A stretch of 64,000 bases of DNA from an archaeon (GCA_018671245.1 JABHIB010000007.1:6650-70649), one strand, 5' to 3'. Numbered from the stretch's first letter, positions 30,012 to 40,290 are shown. Notes: generated by a model from the letters alone, not told the origin. Translations and numbers: made by a program.

Positions 30012-30890
30012 TTGGTTGAGAAAAAAAAGATTACAAAATTAAAAAAACTTAAGGTTCCTAAAAAGAAGATCACAAAGTCTAAGAAAATTTTGAGTGATTA
30101 TGATATTGCTTATGATTTTGCAACAAAAACTTATAAACAATTCAAAGAAGTAATCAAATCTATTGTTCTTTTTGGTAGTGTTGCTAAAGGTGAAATTAAG
30201 AAAGGCAGCGATATTGATATTGTTATTGTAATTGATGATTGTGCTATTGAGTGGGATCAAGAACTTATTGCATGGTATAGGGAAGAACTTGGTAAATTAG
30301 TTGCTGCTCAAAATTATAGTAAGGGAATTCATATTAATACTGTTACTTTAAGTGCATTTTGGGAAGAGATAAGGATTGGAGATCCTACTGCTATTAATGT
30401 TATAAGATACGGTCAGCCTTTGATTGATTTTGGTGGATTCTTTGGTCCTATGAAAGTTTTGCTTGCTAAAGGTAAGATAAGGCCTACCCCTGAAGCAGTG
30501 TTTACTACTTTGCGAAGAGCTCCACTACATATTTCTAGAGCAAAATTTAATGTTGTGAGTTCGATTGAAAATTTATATTGGGCGATGGTAGATTCTGCTC
30601 ATGCAGCTCTTATGGCTGCTGGACAAGTTCCTCCTAGTCCTGAACATGTTGGCGATATGCTTGATGTTGTATTTGTTAGGGAAAAACGATTAAATAAGAA
30701 ATATGTTTCAATGTTTAATGAGATGCACCATCTTGCTCGCGATGTTGCTCATGGTAATGTTAAACATTTGAGAGGTGCAGACATTGATAAATATCTTGAT
30801 AGTACTGTTGAATTTGAAAGAGTTATGAGGTCTATTAGTTCTAGACTATTAGAAAGGGAAAAAATAATAAAATTAGAATCTAAAAAATAA
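30012..30890 (+). CDS. nucleotidyltransferase-domain protein with C-terminal helical (KNTase/HEPN-like) domain
   Basis: It has the NTase motif LFGSVAKGEIKKGSDIDIVIVID. Its C-terminal LYWAMVDSAHAALMAAGQVPPSPEHV region is paralogous to the C-terminus of ORF 38353..40119. Confidence 0.6.
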   Translation: MVEKKKITKLKKLKVPKKKITKSKKILSDYDIAYDFATKTYKQFKEVIKSIVLFGSVAKGEIKKGSDIDIVIVIDDCAIEWDQELIAWYREELGKLVAAQNYSKGIHINTVTLSAFWEEIRIGDPTAINVIRYGQPLIDFGGFFGPMKVLLAKGKIRPTPEAVFTTLRRAPLHISRAKFNVVSSIENLYWAMVDSAHAALMAAGQVPPSPEHVGDMLDVVFVREKRLNKKYVSMFNEMHHLARDVAHGNVKHLRGADIDKYLDSTVEFERVMRSISSRLLEREKIIKLESKK

Positions 30891-31580
30891 TTATTTTTTA
30901 GTCATTTCTTTTTGATAAAAAGTAATTCCCATCTTTTCTAATAAATCTGTTCTTACATTATCGTCAGGATTTGTTGTTAGATATTTTATATAATTTCCAA
31001 ATTCTTTATCTTTTAGTTCTCCTGATTCTTTATTTGTTAATCCATATATCAATTCTATTGCTCTAGCTTCAATAATTCCTTGATATATGTCAAATAAACT
31101 TTCAGGATGTGATCCTGCATGGTATATGATAGCCTTTTCAACACCGTATTTCTCTATTAAGTCCCTTGCTGCAGTATTAATGTCTTTATTTTTGTATACT
31201 TCTTCTGCATTTTGTATACTTTTGTGCAGTCCTGTTAATCCTTCATATTTTCCTGCACCATTATAAGGCATTTGAGTTATTATTTGTGCTGCTTCTTGAG
31301 GATTATTAATATCTGATACTAAATCCTCAACTAAATAGTCTAAATTATTTTGAGTTTGTTCGTTTAATTCTGCTACACTATCTCTTTCTTTTTCACCTAC
31401 ATACATTGCTATAACATCTATCGGTGCATTGTTTAAATAACTAGGATTGTTAAAAAGTTTTACAGAAATATCATGTTTTAATCTTGGTTTTTGGGGATTT
31501 TTATTAAATTCTATATTAAATCCTTTCCACATAATATACTCTTCAAAATATTTTAAATATTCAGGTTTATTAAACGACAT
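30891..31580 (-). CDS. hypothetical protein
   Basis: 229 aa with no motif I recognise confidently. Confidence 0.3.
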   Translation of the reverse strand: MSFNKPEYLKYFEEYIMWKGFNIEFNKNPQKPRLKHDISVKLFNNPSYLNNAPIDVIAMYVGEKERDSVAELNEQTQNNLDYLVEDLVSDINNPQEAAQIITQMPYNGAGKYEGLTGLHKSIQNAEEVYKNKDINTAARDLIEKYGVEKAIIYHAGSHPESLFDIYQGIIEARAIELIYGLTNKESGELKDKEFGNYIKYLTTNPDDNVRTDLLEKMGITFYQKEMTKK

Positions 31581-31613
31581 TTTTATTAAATAGTGTTACT
31601 TCGTAGTAGTTAT

Positions 31614-33947
31614 TTATTTATAAAGGTTCCTATTCCTTGATTCGTGAAGCAATCTTTCTTCCTCTTCTGCAACGACTTTACTGATCTTTTGAACTGCATC
31701 TATGTTTGACGATATACTATCTATTCCTATTTTTGTTAGATATTTTGCCATTGTTTCGTTTGATCCTGCCTGTCCACAGATACTTGTTTTCACATTATTT
31801 TTTTTACAGATATTTATTACATATTTTATTTGTTTCAGAACTGCTGGATGCATCTCATCATATAAGTTTTGTAGTTTTGAGTTATTCCTATCTACTGCTA
31901 GAGTAAATTGAGTTAGATCGTTTGTTCCTATACTCACAAAATCTATTCCTTCTTCGCAAAATTCTTCTATAATTTGGACTGCTGCAGGAGTTTCGACCAT
32001 AATTCCGAATTCTATATCTTTTTGTGGTTCAAGTCCTACTTCTCTTAGTATTTCTTTAGCTTTTTTTACTTGATCTATGTGAGTTACTAATGGTATCATT
32101 ATCCCAACATTTTTGAATCCTGCTTCATGTACTCGTTTTATTGCTTCAAATTGTGCCCTGAGTAATTCTGGTTCATCTAGGTCTCTCCTAATAGATCTCC
32201 AACCCATCATCGGATTATCTTCTTTCGGCTCGTTTTCCCCACCTTTCATATGTCTGAATTCATCTGTTGGTGCATCAAGAGTTCTGTACCAAACTGGGTC
32301 TTCCTTAAACTCTTTTGCTATTTTGATTATATCTTCTGTCAAGTTATTAACAAGAACTTCTTTTTCTCCATGTTTTATCATTGAACTAGGATGTTCTCTT
32401 TCTCTTAAAATCATAAACTCGCATCTCAGTAATCCTACTCCATCTGCTCCTGTGGATGCTGCTCTTTCTGCTAATCTTGGCATATCTAAATTTACTTTTA
32501 TTTTGGTTATTGTTTTCTTTTTTTCTATAGGTTCTATTACTATTTCTTCTGTTTTTTCTTGTTCGGTTATTCCAGAATAAACTTTTCCTTCTGTCCCGTT
32601 AACTGTAATCTTATCACCTTCTTTCAAGATTTGTGTAGCTCTTTCTGTTCCGACTACTGCAGGTATTCCCATCTCTCTTGAAACTATTGCTGCATGGCAG
32701 GTTGAACCTCCCTCGTCTGTTACTATTGCAGATGCTCTTTCCATTGCAGCGACATAATCTGGATTAGTCATTTTTGCAACTAAAACATCACCTTTTTGGA
32801 TCTTGTTGAGCTCATCCATGTTATTAATTATCTTAACTTGTCCTGAACCTATTCCTGGAGATGCAGATACTCCTGTAAGCAATGATTCTCCTTGGTTTTT
32901 TTCTATTACTTTTTCTCCCATTCGTTCTTCTGTTTTTTGAATAGTTGTGATTGGCCTTGTTTGAACTATGAATGTTCCGCTATTGTTTATTGCGAATTCA
33001 ATATCTTGTGGAAAATCATAATATCTTTCAATTCTTTTTGCAGTTGTTGCCAATCTGATTATGTCTTCATCAGAAAGTTTTTGCATATTTGCTTTGTGTT
33101 CTGGAAGTTCTTTTTTGGTTGTTCTTCCGGTTGCCTCATCTCTTGTGAACATCCATTCTTGTTTTTGAATTTTTTTATCTTTTATATTTAATGGATCTTT
33201 TTCTACAACATATCTATCTGGAGAAATTGTTCCAGATACTATTGCATCTCCTAATCCAAACCCTGCTTCAATAATTATTTCAGATTTATCATTTGTTACA
33301 GGATTCATTGAAAACATCACTCCTGCTTTTTCTGAGTTTATCATTTTCTGAACTACTGTTGCTATGAATACTTTAGAATGTTCAAAGTTATTTTTCTCTC
33401 TGTAATATATTGCTCTAGCAGTATATAGTGATGCCCAACATTGTTTTACTGCCTGAATTATGTTTTTTGCACCCTTGACATTTAAGTAAGTATTTTGTTG
33501 ACCTGCGAATGATGCTGTAGGTAAATCTTCTGCTGTTGCTGAAGATCTTACTGCTACAAATGGATATTCTCTTCCAGCTTGTATAAAACTTAGTGCCGCT
33601 TTTGATGCTAGAAGGGCTTCAGTATTAACATTCATATTATTATATGCATTTGTTATATCTGATGTAATTTCTTCTGGAATTTCTTGAGAAAGAATTAATT
33701 CTTCAATTTCTTTTGATTTGCTAGTTAATAATCTTGTATCTTCTATGTTTAAATTTGAAAGAATTTCGTTTATTTTTGGTTGGATTCCTGTCCGATTTAA
33801 AAATTCTTTATATGCATCTGATGTTACTACAAACCCTGAAGGTATTGGGAATTTTGCATTAAACATCTCTCCAAGGTTAGCGCCTTTTCCTCCAACTAAT
33901 GCAATATCTTCTTTCAAGATATCTTTGAACCAAGCTATATTTACCAT
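31614..33947 (-). CDS. ppsA: phosphoenolpyruvate synthase (pyruvate, water dikinase)
   Basis: It has N-terminal LVGGKGANLGEM, the phospho-His domain GGSTCHAAIVSREMGIPAVVG, and a C-terminal PEP-utilising TIM barrel. 777 aa. Confidence 0.9.
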   Translation of the reverse strand: MVNIAWFKDILKEDIALVGGKGANLGEMFNAKFPIPSGFVVTSDAYKEFLNRTGIQPKINEILSNLNIEDTRLLTSKSKEIEELILSQEIPEEITSDITNAYNNMNVNTEALLASKAALSFIQAGREYPFVAVRSSATAEDLPTASFAGQQNTYLNVKGAKNIIQAVKQCWASLYTARAIYYREKNNFEHSKVFIATVVQKMINSEKAGVMFSMNPVTNDKSEIIIEAGFGLGDAIVSGTISPDRYVVEKDPLNIKDKKIQKQEWMFTRDEATGRTTKKELPEHKANMQKLSDEDIIRLATTAKRIERYYDFPQDIEFAINNSGTFIVQTRPITTIQKTEERMGEKVIEKNQGESLLTGVSASPGIGSGQVKIINNMDELNKIQKGDVLVAKMTNPDYVAAMERASAIVTDEGGSTCHAAIVSREMGIPAVVGTERATQILKEGDKITVNGTEGKVYSGITEQEKTEEIVIEPIEKKKTITKIKVNLDMPRLAERAASTGADGVGLLRCEFMILREREHPSSMIKHGEKEVLVNNLTEDIIKIAKEFKEDPVWYRTLDAPTDEFRHMKGGENEPKEDNPMMGWRSIRRDLDEPELLRAQFEAIKRVHEAGFKNVGIMIPLVTHIDQVKKAKEILREVGLEPQKDIEFGIMVETPAAVQIIEEFCEEGIDFVSIGTNDLTQFTLAVDRNNSKLQNLYDEMHPAVLKQIKYVINICKKNNVKTSICGQAGSNETMAKYLTKIGIDSISSNIDAVQKISKVVAEEEERLLHESRNRNLYK

Positions 33948-33984
33948 TTTTCCTCTTTTTTATAGATTGCCTGGGAATTGTAAT

Positions 33985-33992
33985 TATATAAA
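33985..33992 (-). promoter_or_regulatory. archaeal TATA box candidate for ppsA
   Basis: On the minus strand the sequence reads TTTATATA, about 38 nt upstream of the ppsA ATG. Confidence 0.25.
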
Positions 33993-34095
33993 TATTTCTG
34001 TACACTGGAAGGTTCATATTCACTTAATCATTTTATTTTTATATGAAAAAGAAGATTCTATAATTTGTATTTATTATGAGAGATAGATCTATTTG

Positions 34096-34614
34096 TTATT
34101 CTTCAATTTGTTTGTAAATTTCTTCTAAAACTTTTTCATATCTTTGTTCTGGAGTTTTTTGATTTTTTGGAATTCTTCTATCTTCTATTATTGATCTTTC
34201 AGAACCGATTTTACAAATCAGTTTTTTTATTTTATATGAATCTCCACCTTGACAAGGTTGAAGTGCATCAACTCCGTGGTCTACAAAATCCTCAATAGAT
34301 ATGTCAAATTTTACTCCCGCACCATATTTCATATTATGGGTTTTTTTTCGCACTCTTATATTTAGAATATCTTCTCTATCTATTTCTCCAAATTCTCCAC
34401 TATCTCTTAATCTGATTATATAGTGTTTCCCATTGTCATAGAATTCTGAGTAATAGTTTCCACCAGATAATTGATTCCCCTCATTTAAAGTGTATTCTGC
34501 TACTTCCTTAGCTAAACATTCTGTATATAGCTCTTGTGCTTTAATTGGTTCTGAGAAGGAGAGCATTCCTGTTAGTCCTGCTCCAATTAATAGGTTATTT
34601 ATTGTTTTTTTCAT
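34096..34614 (-). CDS. hypothetical secreted protein
   Basis: It has an N-terminal signal peptide (LLIGAGLTGMLSFSEPIKA). It overlaps the L10e stop by 4 nt. Confidence 0.35.
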   Translation of the reverse strand: MKKTINNLLIGAGLTGMLSFSEPIKAQELYTECLAKEVAEYTLNEGNQLSGGNYYSEFYDNGKHYIIRLRDSGEFGEIDREDILNIRVRKKTHNMKYGAGVKFDISIEDFVDHGVDALQPCQGGDSYKIKKLICKIGSERSIIEDRRIPKNQKTPEQRYEKVLEEIYKQIEE

Positions 34615-35129
34615 TCTATCTGTATTTCAACTCTTCCAGGTAATCTTGGACCAGCTCTTTTAAGATATTTGATTGCAGTATCTACATCTTTTTCATTAGT
34701 ATTCACAAGAAATATTGTAGATCCTTTTTTTGCTCTTGCTGCAAGACCCATAGGTTTTCCAAATGAGTGCTTCATACCGGACTGCATTCTGTCCGCTCCA
34801 GCTCCTGTAAGCATCTTATTTTCTCTTAATACATGATGTGGATAAAGGTTAACTTTGAAATGATATCCTTTTGGTCCTAGTGCAGCTTGTAACTGTCTAT
34901 TTACCAGAATTCTACAAGATTCTAATGAGTTATGTCTTATATTGAAATATTCTTTTGTAACTAATCTTATTGTTTTTGGGAATTGTTTTTTTGGATCTCC
35001 CATATGAAATCTTACTAATTTTGATGCAGGCATAGATTTAATGAACCCTTTTTTTCTATATTTTGATTTTCTAGTATAAGGTCTAGTTGTATTGTGTTTG
35101 TAACAATGTCCTTTTCTTAAAGCTGCCAT
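34611..35129 (-). CDS. rpl10e: ribosomal protein uL16 (L10e)
   Basis: It has the MAALRKGHCYKHNTTRPYTRKSKY start typical of archaeal L10e. Confidence 0.9.
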   Translation of the reverse strand: MAALRKGHCYKHNTTRPYTRKSKYRKKGFIKSMPASKLVRFHMGDPKKQFPKTIRLVTKEYFNIRHNSLESCRILVNRQLQAALGPKGYHFKVNLYPHHVLRENKMLTGAGADRMQSGMKHSFGKPMGLAARAKKGSTIFLVNTNEKDVDTAIKYLKRAGPRLPGRVEIQIE

Positions 35130-35130
35130 T

Positions 35131-35388
35131 TTATTCTATTTTCACCCTTGTACTTATTGCTTGACCTGGAAGTCCTATTTCGAATTTTACTCGAACAGCG
35201 CCTTTATTTCCGTGTTCTTTCATTATTGTTCCAGTCATTTCTTTTTTAGAAGGTGTTATCCAAGTCACTGTTTTCTTAATTAATTCTTTAGCTTCATCTC
35301 TAGAATCAATTCCAATAACCTTTACTATCATTTGATTTGTATACTGAGTTTTATGACTTCCTCTGTAATTAACAATTATTCCTTCCAT
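35131..35388 (-). CDS. rpl35ae: ribosomal protein eL33 (L35Ae)
   Basis: It has the GIIVNYRGSHKTQ...GTIMKEHGNKGAVRVKFEIGLPGQA pattern of L35Ae. Confidence 0.8.
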   Translation of the reverse strand: MEGIIVNYRGSHKTQYTNQMIVKVIGIDSRDEAKELIKKTVTWITPSKKEMTGTIMKEHGNKGAVRVKFEIGLPGQAISTRVKIE

Positions 35389-35439
35389 TTCAACTTTTTA
35401 GGCAAATTTGACTATTTAAAAATGTTTTGTTTTATTCAA

Positions 35440-36252
35440 CTAAATAATATCCTCTAAAGTTTTCTCAATGATATTATTTAGTGCTTCAACAACTATTTTG
35501 TCTGATTTCATATTTGAGAAGTATAGATTTTGATTAATTTCCAATAACAATGCATTTAGCCCATTTTTTGGTTGTCCGAATGTCTTAGTTAATCCTACTC
35601 TTCCGACAAATGGGTCATCTATATCTATTGAGATATCTGATCCAAAATAACTAGTTGTATGTGAGTGCAAAGCGCTGTAAAAATCAGATAAAATCTTAGA
35701 ATCTATAGATTGCATAAAGTTTGTTCCTAAACAAAAATCAGGTCTTTTCGAGTCTTCTAGATATAAGTTAACTTTTGGCGTATTTGCTTCCATAGAATGT
35801 GCATTCAATAAGAATGCGTCCCCATTAATTTCTCTAATTCTATATAGCTCATCTTTAATAAAATTGAAAAATGGATCATAATATGTTTTTGTTAATTTAT
35901 TTCTAGCTGATTCTGATATTTTTGTATTGTATAGGTTTTCCCCATTGAATCCGACTTTTCTGAAAATATTTAATTCTCCAGATTTGTATTTTTGTTTATT
36001 TAAGTTTACAACATGTCTATGAACTGAGGTTCCTGCAAATGAAAATTTTGGAATATTATATATGTCATTAACAGATTGGTCTATTTCTAAAGGGAATAAT
36101 TCATTTTCATAATCTAAGAATGAAAGTGATGCTTTTGGTATGTGGCTTCCTCCATGAGGGATAGCAATTAATAATTTTGAATCTTCCACTTTATTAAATG
36201 TGAAAATTTCTTCTAATTTTTCAATCTTCCTAGAAATTGTGTTATAAAACAT
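35440..36252 (-). CDS. N-formylglutamate amidohydrolase (FGase)-like zinc hydrolase
   Basis: It has LLIAIPHGGSHIP and LLNAHSMEAN, matching the FGase-family metal-binding blocks. Confidence 0.45.
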   Translation of the reverse strand: MFYNTISRKIEKLEEIFTFNKVEDSKLLIAIPHGGSHIPKASLSFLDYENELFPLEIDQSVNDIYNIPKFSFAGTSVHRHVVNLNKQKYKSGELNIFRKVGFNGENLYNTKISESARNKLTKTYYDPFFNFIKDELYRIREINGDAFLLNAHSMEANTPKVNLYLEDSKRPDFCLGTNFMQSIDSKILSDFYSALHSHTTSYFGSDISIDIDDPFVGRVGLTKTFGQPKNGLNALLLEINQNLYFSNMKSDKIVVEALNNIIEKTLEDII

Positions 36253-36254
36253 TT

Positions 36255-37262
36255 TTATTTAACTAAACTATTTATCAAGTTCCAATATCCTTCTACTGCA
36301 AGATTTTCTTTGTTTTCAAACACTGCAGTATGTAATCCTATTGAAGAGAGAGTAATTTCTCCAACATATGGATTATTTCTGTGACCTATTAAATCTGCAC
36401 GTACAATCATTGCTTCTGGTGCAATAAGTTCTTTAGCTTCAAATGATAATTTTTCTTCTTCTTTTGTACATTGTACAATTGATCTATCTACTCCATAGAG
36501 ATTTCCAGTAACATTTGTTTTGAATCCTGAAGATTTTTTGAGAACTGTGTAGTTTACATTTTCTCCAAATATAAAAACTGACCTTTCTCCAGTTTCTTGA
36601 ATATTATCTACATAACCTTGAACTATTATCTCTTTATCTTCCTTTAAAATATTTTCAATAGTTTTTGAATCTCCTCCTGGAAATTTTTCAACACCATATC
36701 CTCCAAATCCATTTAGTGGTTTAGTCACATATCCTCCATATTTTGCTAGTAATTCAAATGACATATCATAAACCTCTGTAAGGGAGTTTGCTATATATGT
36801 GTCTGGAACTGATATATTATTTCTAGCTAGATCTATTAAATATCTTTTTTTCCCTTCTCTAGCTTTGAGAACAGTTTTTGCAGGATTAATGGTCGGAATA
36901 ATTTGAGTTTCATCTAATTTTTTCACAATATTGCAGAGTTCTTTATCTTTCTTTCTTACTTCTAAAACATTTCCAAAACCCATAAAACATAAAACATCTA
37001 AGTATTCTAATGAAACATCTGAAAGGGTTTTTGGTTCAGATAAATCATATAATGATCCTACAGTCAGGTTTTCATTTATATCGTCCCATTTTAGATTATA
37101 TGGTTCTCCTCCTTTTTCTGAAATCCCATTTATGATTGATGCATAAGTTATTCCGTTAGGCCACCCTTTAATCTCTGAATTATGAGGTGCCTTACCGGAG
37201 TTTTCAGAATACATAAATCCTATCTTAATTTTTTTTGGCATAAAGTTCCTCTGAAAATTCAA
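36255..37262 (-). CDS. ATP-grasp ligase (RimK/glutathione-synthetase-like)
   Basis: It has the central VTKPLNGFGGYGV ATP-grasp phosphate-binding loop. The C-terminal region has the ATP-grasp fold pattern. Confidence 0.55.
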   Translation of the reverse strand: MNFQRNFMPKKIKIGFMYSENSGKAPHNSEIKGWPNGITYASIINGISEKGGEPYNLKWDDINENLTVGSLYDLSEPKTLSDVSLEYLDVLCFMGFGNVLEVRKKDKELCNIVKKLDETQIIPTINPAKTVLKAREGKKRYLIDLARNNISVPDTYIANSLTEVYDMSFELLAKYGGYVTKPLNGFGGYGVEKFPGGDSKTIENILKEDKEIIVQGYVDNIQETGERSVFIFGENVNYTVLKKSSGFKTNVTGNLYGVDRSIVQCTKEEEKLSFEAKELIAPEAMIVRADLIGHRNNPYVGEITLSSIGLHTAVFENKENLAVEGYWNLINSLVK

Positions 37263-38268
37263 TAATTCTATCGCTCATTGTTTCAATTTTTATTCTATCT
37301 TTTATTCCTTTACCCCATTGAGGACAACGCGCATTTAATTCTAATATTTTAGTATTTTTTAAAGTTGCTTTAGTTTCTGGACCTATTACATCTACTGCTG
37401 TTAGGTATAATCCATCTTTTTGTAATTGGGGTGCTATTTTCGAAACTAGTTTATAATCGATATCTGTTGGTTTATAATCTTCATATTCTGCACCCATTTC
37501 TGAATTTCCCCTCATATCTTCATCACTTATTATTTTTTTATAAGATCCTAATAATTCAGATCCGTTTAATAAGACTAATCTTCTTTCAAGACCTTCTATT
37601 TTATCTTGCAAAATAAATGGTCGAGGTTCATTAGTTGAGGAATATAAATCTCTTAGTAATAATTGGATTAGTGCTCCTAGATTCTTTTTATAATCTTTAT
37701 TTATTCCTATAATGTCTGCACCTCCAAGTCCGTGAACTGGTTTTGCAATCCATTCGGCACCTTTTTTCAAGATTCCTTTTATCCTTTCTTCATCCTTTGT
37801 TATGTGTGTGTCAGGTAATACTTCTCCTAGAACTAACGAATCATATATTTTTGAACCTGCCTTGGAAATTGCATCAGGATCGTTGATGAATGCGATTCCA
37901 GGGTATAAAGTTTTCATACATTGCAAGTAATTTATTACATTATTATCATTTATAGATTCTTCACGAGATTTTGGTACTGTTCTTGAAAATATTATATCAA
38001 ATTGATTTACTGGGATACGTTCATCTATCATAAATTTGTCATTTTTTAAATATTCTACATATGATTCAATACTTGATAAAGTTGCAGCATTTGGTTGTCT
38101 AGTTATCGCATATAGTTTATTATTTTTGACAAAAAAGTCTTCAGGATGAACTATGTGAGTGTCATGCCCTCTTTGTTGTGCTGCGTAGAGATTATTCACT
38201 TCTACAGATAAGGAGTCCTCTAAATCTCTGGATTTTGTGATATATAATGTTTTGAATTTTTTTGCCAT
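37225..38268 (-). CDS. ATP-grasp ligase (GshB-like)
   Basis: It has IAKPVHGLGGADII, RRLVLLNGSELLG and ELNARCP blocks resembling glutathione synthetase family ATP-grasp enzymes. It overlaps the downstream ATP-grasp gene by 38 nt. Confidence 0.55.
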   Translation of the reverse strand: MAKKFKTLYITKSRDLEDSLSVEVNNLYAAQQRGHDTHIVHPEDFFVKNNKLYAITRQPNAATLSSIESYVEYLKNDKFMIDERIPVNQFDIIFSRTVPKSREESINDNNVINYLQCMKTLYPGIAFINDPDAISKAGSKIYDSLVLGEVLPDTHITKDEERIKGILKKGAEWIAKPVHGLGGADIIGINKDYKKNLGALIQLLLRDLYSSTNEPRPFILQDKIEGLERRLVLLNGSELLGSYKKIISDEDMRGNSEMGAEYEDYKPTDIDYKLVSKIAPQLQKDGLYLTAVDVIGPETKATLKNTKILELNARCPQWGKGIKDRIKIETMSDRIIEFSEELYAKKN

Positions 38269-38352
38269 TTTCTTTTAAAACTATGTACAATTTGTAGAAT
38301 CTCGATTCTATTATAAATCTTTTGAATAAAATTAACCAATTTAGAGATATAC

Positions 38353-40119
38353 TCAAAGCATTATCTCTAAATTTTCTCCAAATATGCCTTTTAAATCAGA
38401 AAATAGTTTTTCTTTGATGAATAAGCTTTCTTTGATGGGATTTTCCATTATTGCTTGTTCCATCTCTTGAATTTTGCTAGACTCTATCTTACTTAATCCG
38501 CCTTCTTTAGTAATTCTTGTTTTTTGTATTGTTTTTTCTTCAGCATTTATATCTGGTGTTATAAATGCATGTTCTCCAAGAATTATTACTTCTCCAATAG
38601 AATTTCCATATCTGAATTTTATTGTTGCTCTTTCTAATTCAGCTATGTTGATTCTTTGAATGTGTTCTGCAAGAGTTTTAACATAAATTCTTGTTTCTCT
38701 TCTAAGTTTGTTGATCTCTGCCTTTGTTAATTTTTTTGCTTGCAGTTCTTTTTTTGCTTTTATTGTTGCTTTTAGTGTATCTACTAATCTTAATGGTAAT
38801 CCAGTTTGTTCACAGTATTTTTTTAGTTTTGTTTCTGGTTTTGATTTTTTATCTTTTCCAATAACATCTTCTGTTACTCTCATTACTGTATCATATATGT
38901 TTGAAAAATTTTCTTTTTCTTTGGTTTTTTCTATCTCTTTGAATAATTTATCAAGTCTTTTTAGATATTCTTCTGAACTTTTTAAGAATGCATCTATCTC
39001 TCTTCCAGATACAGATTTTATCTCTCCGTGTTCAATTCCCTTGTAAAATTTAAATACTTTTTCTAGAGTTATTACATATTTTTTCTCTAGTAATTTTTCT
39101 TTTTTTACAAATATTTCATCTAATAATTTTATTGTTTCTTTAGGAGTTGATGGAGGTATCCCGTAAAGCATTAAAGCTGCTTGTGCAGGATTTAGTAATG
39201 CATAGTATAAGTCTTCTGTTGCTACTACCATTAGTTTCTTTTTTGCTCTATCTAATAATTTTTTACCAATGTCCATGTGCATTTCAATTGATTCAGGACT
39301 AGGTTTTATTTTCCCCATTTTTAATAGAAGTCTCCAAGGTGTAAATGTGCCTCTATCATAAAATGGAACTCCATCTCTTAAGAAAGTAAATACTACTGGG
39401 TTAGCATCTTTTACAGAGTCCCAGAAGTCTGTTAGAATGTGTACCTGTATGTGGAATTGTTTTTTAGTTCCTGTTATCTCTGTTGCTTGGAATCCGTGAT
39501 TTATTATTATTGCTCTTAATTTATCTTTAAGTTCTGCTCGAGTCATACGTTTTACATCTGTATCATCAATAATTATGGATACATCTATATCATTCGATTT
39601 TTCTCCTCTAAATAATGAACCTACTCCTATGTAACTTACAATATATTTCTCAAACTTTTTGAGAATCATTGTTTTGTGAATTTCTGCAGTTTTTAGAGCA
39701 ACTAGTACATCCATTGGATCATATATTGGTGCAGACATTGCGATTAATTGTAGAATTTCGTTTTTTCCATCAAAACAAGCTTCCTTTAGTTCTGAAGTAA
39801 TCATTATTTCCAAATTTATATTTTTGTCAATCTTTTCTGCAGTTTTAGTTATTTCTTTAGCAATTTTATCTTTTAATTTGAAGTCAGGGATTGTTTTAGA
39901 ATTTGAATCGTCTATTAAAACTAAGACATTTATTTGTTGTTTATTTTCTTTTTTAGGATCTTGTGCTTTTTTTGGTGGTAAGATTGCTATTCCAATTATT
40001 TCTTTTTTGAAATTTTTAGTAATTTGAATTTTAAATTTGTCTAATTTTGTTTTTAGTTGTTTCTGTCTTTTCTTCATCTCTTCAAGTTTTTCTGGAGAAA
40101 TATTTGGTAGTTGATCCAT
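38353..40119 (-). CDS. large nucleotidyltransferase-domain protein with C-terminal helical domain (paralog of 30012..30890)
   Basis: It has the NTase motif YIGVGSLFRGEKSNDIDVSIIID. Its helical region LYYALLNPAQAALMLYGIPPSTPKE parallels 30012..30890. 588 aa with a lysine-rich N-terminus. Confidence 0.55.
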   Translation of the reverse strand: MDQLPNISPEKLEEMKKRQKQLKTKLDKFKIQITKNFKKEIIGIAILPPKKAQDPKKENKQQINVLVLIDDSNSKTIPDFKLKDKIAKEITKTAEKIDKNINLEIMITSELKEACFDGKNEILQLIAMSAPIYDPMDVLVALKTAEIHKTMILKKFEKYIVSYIGVGSLFRGEKSNDIDVSIIIDDTDVKRMTRAELKDKLRAIIINHGFQATEITGTKKQFHIQVHILTDFWDSVKDANPVVFTFLRDGVPFYDRGTFTPWRLLLKMGKIKPSPESIEMHMDIGKKLLDRAKKKLMVVATEDLYYALLNPAQAALMLYGIPPSTPKETIKLLDEIFVKKEKLLEKKYVITLEKVFKFYKGIEHGEIKSVSGREIDAFLKSSEEYLKRLDKLFKEIEKTKEKENFSNIYDTVMRVTEDVIGKDKKSKPETKLKKYCEQTGLPLRLVDTLKATIKAKKELQAKKLTKAEINKLRRETRIYVKTLAEHIQRINIAELERATIKFRYGNSIGEVIILGEHAFITPDINAEEKTIQKTRITKEGGLSKIESSKIQEMEQAIMENPIKESLFIKEKLFSDLKGIFGENLEIML

Positions 40120-40290
40120 CTTGGTGAGAATATGAGTTTAAGTCTTTTTAAATCTTTTTATAAATTTGTTTCGACCATAGATATTATAATCATTGCAATC
40201 CAAATTAAAAGAAATATGCTAAGGCTAGAAGTTAGTTTTTCTAATTCTTTTGTTAAGTTATTAATTATTGACATTTTAAAAAATAAATAA

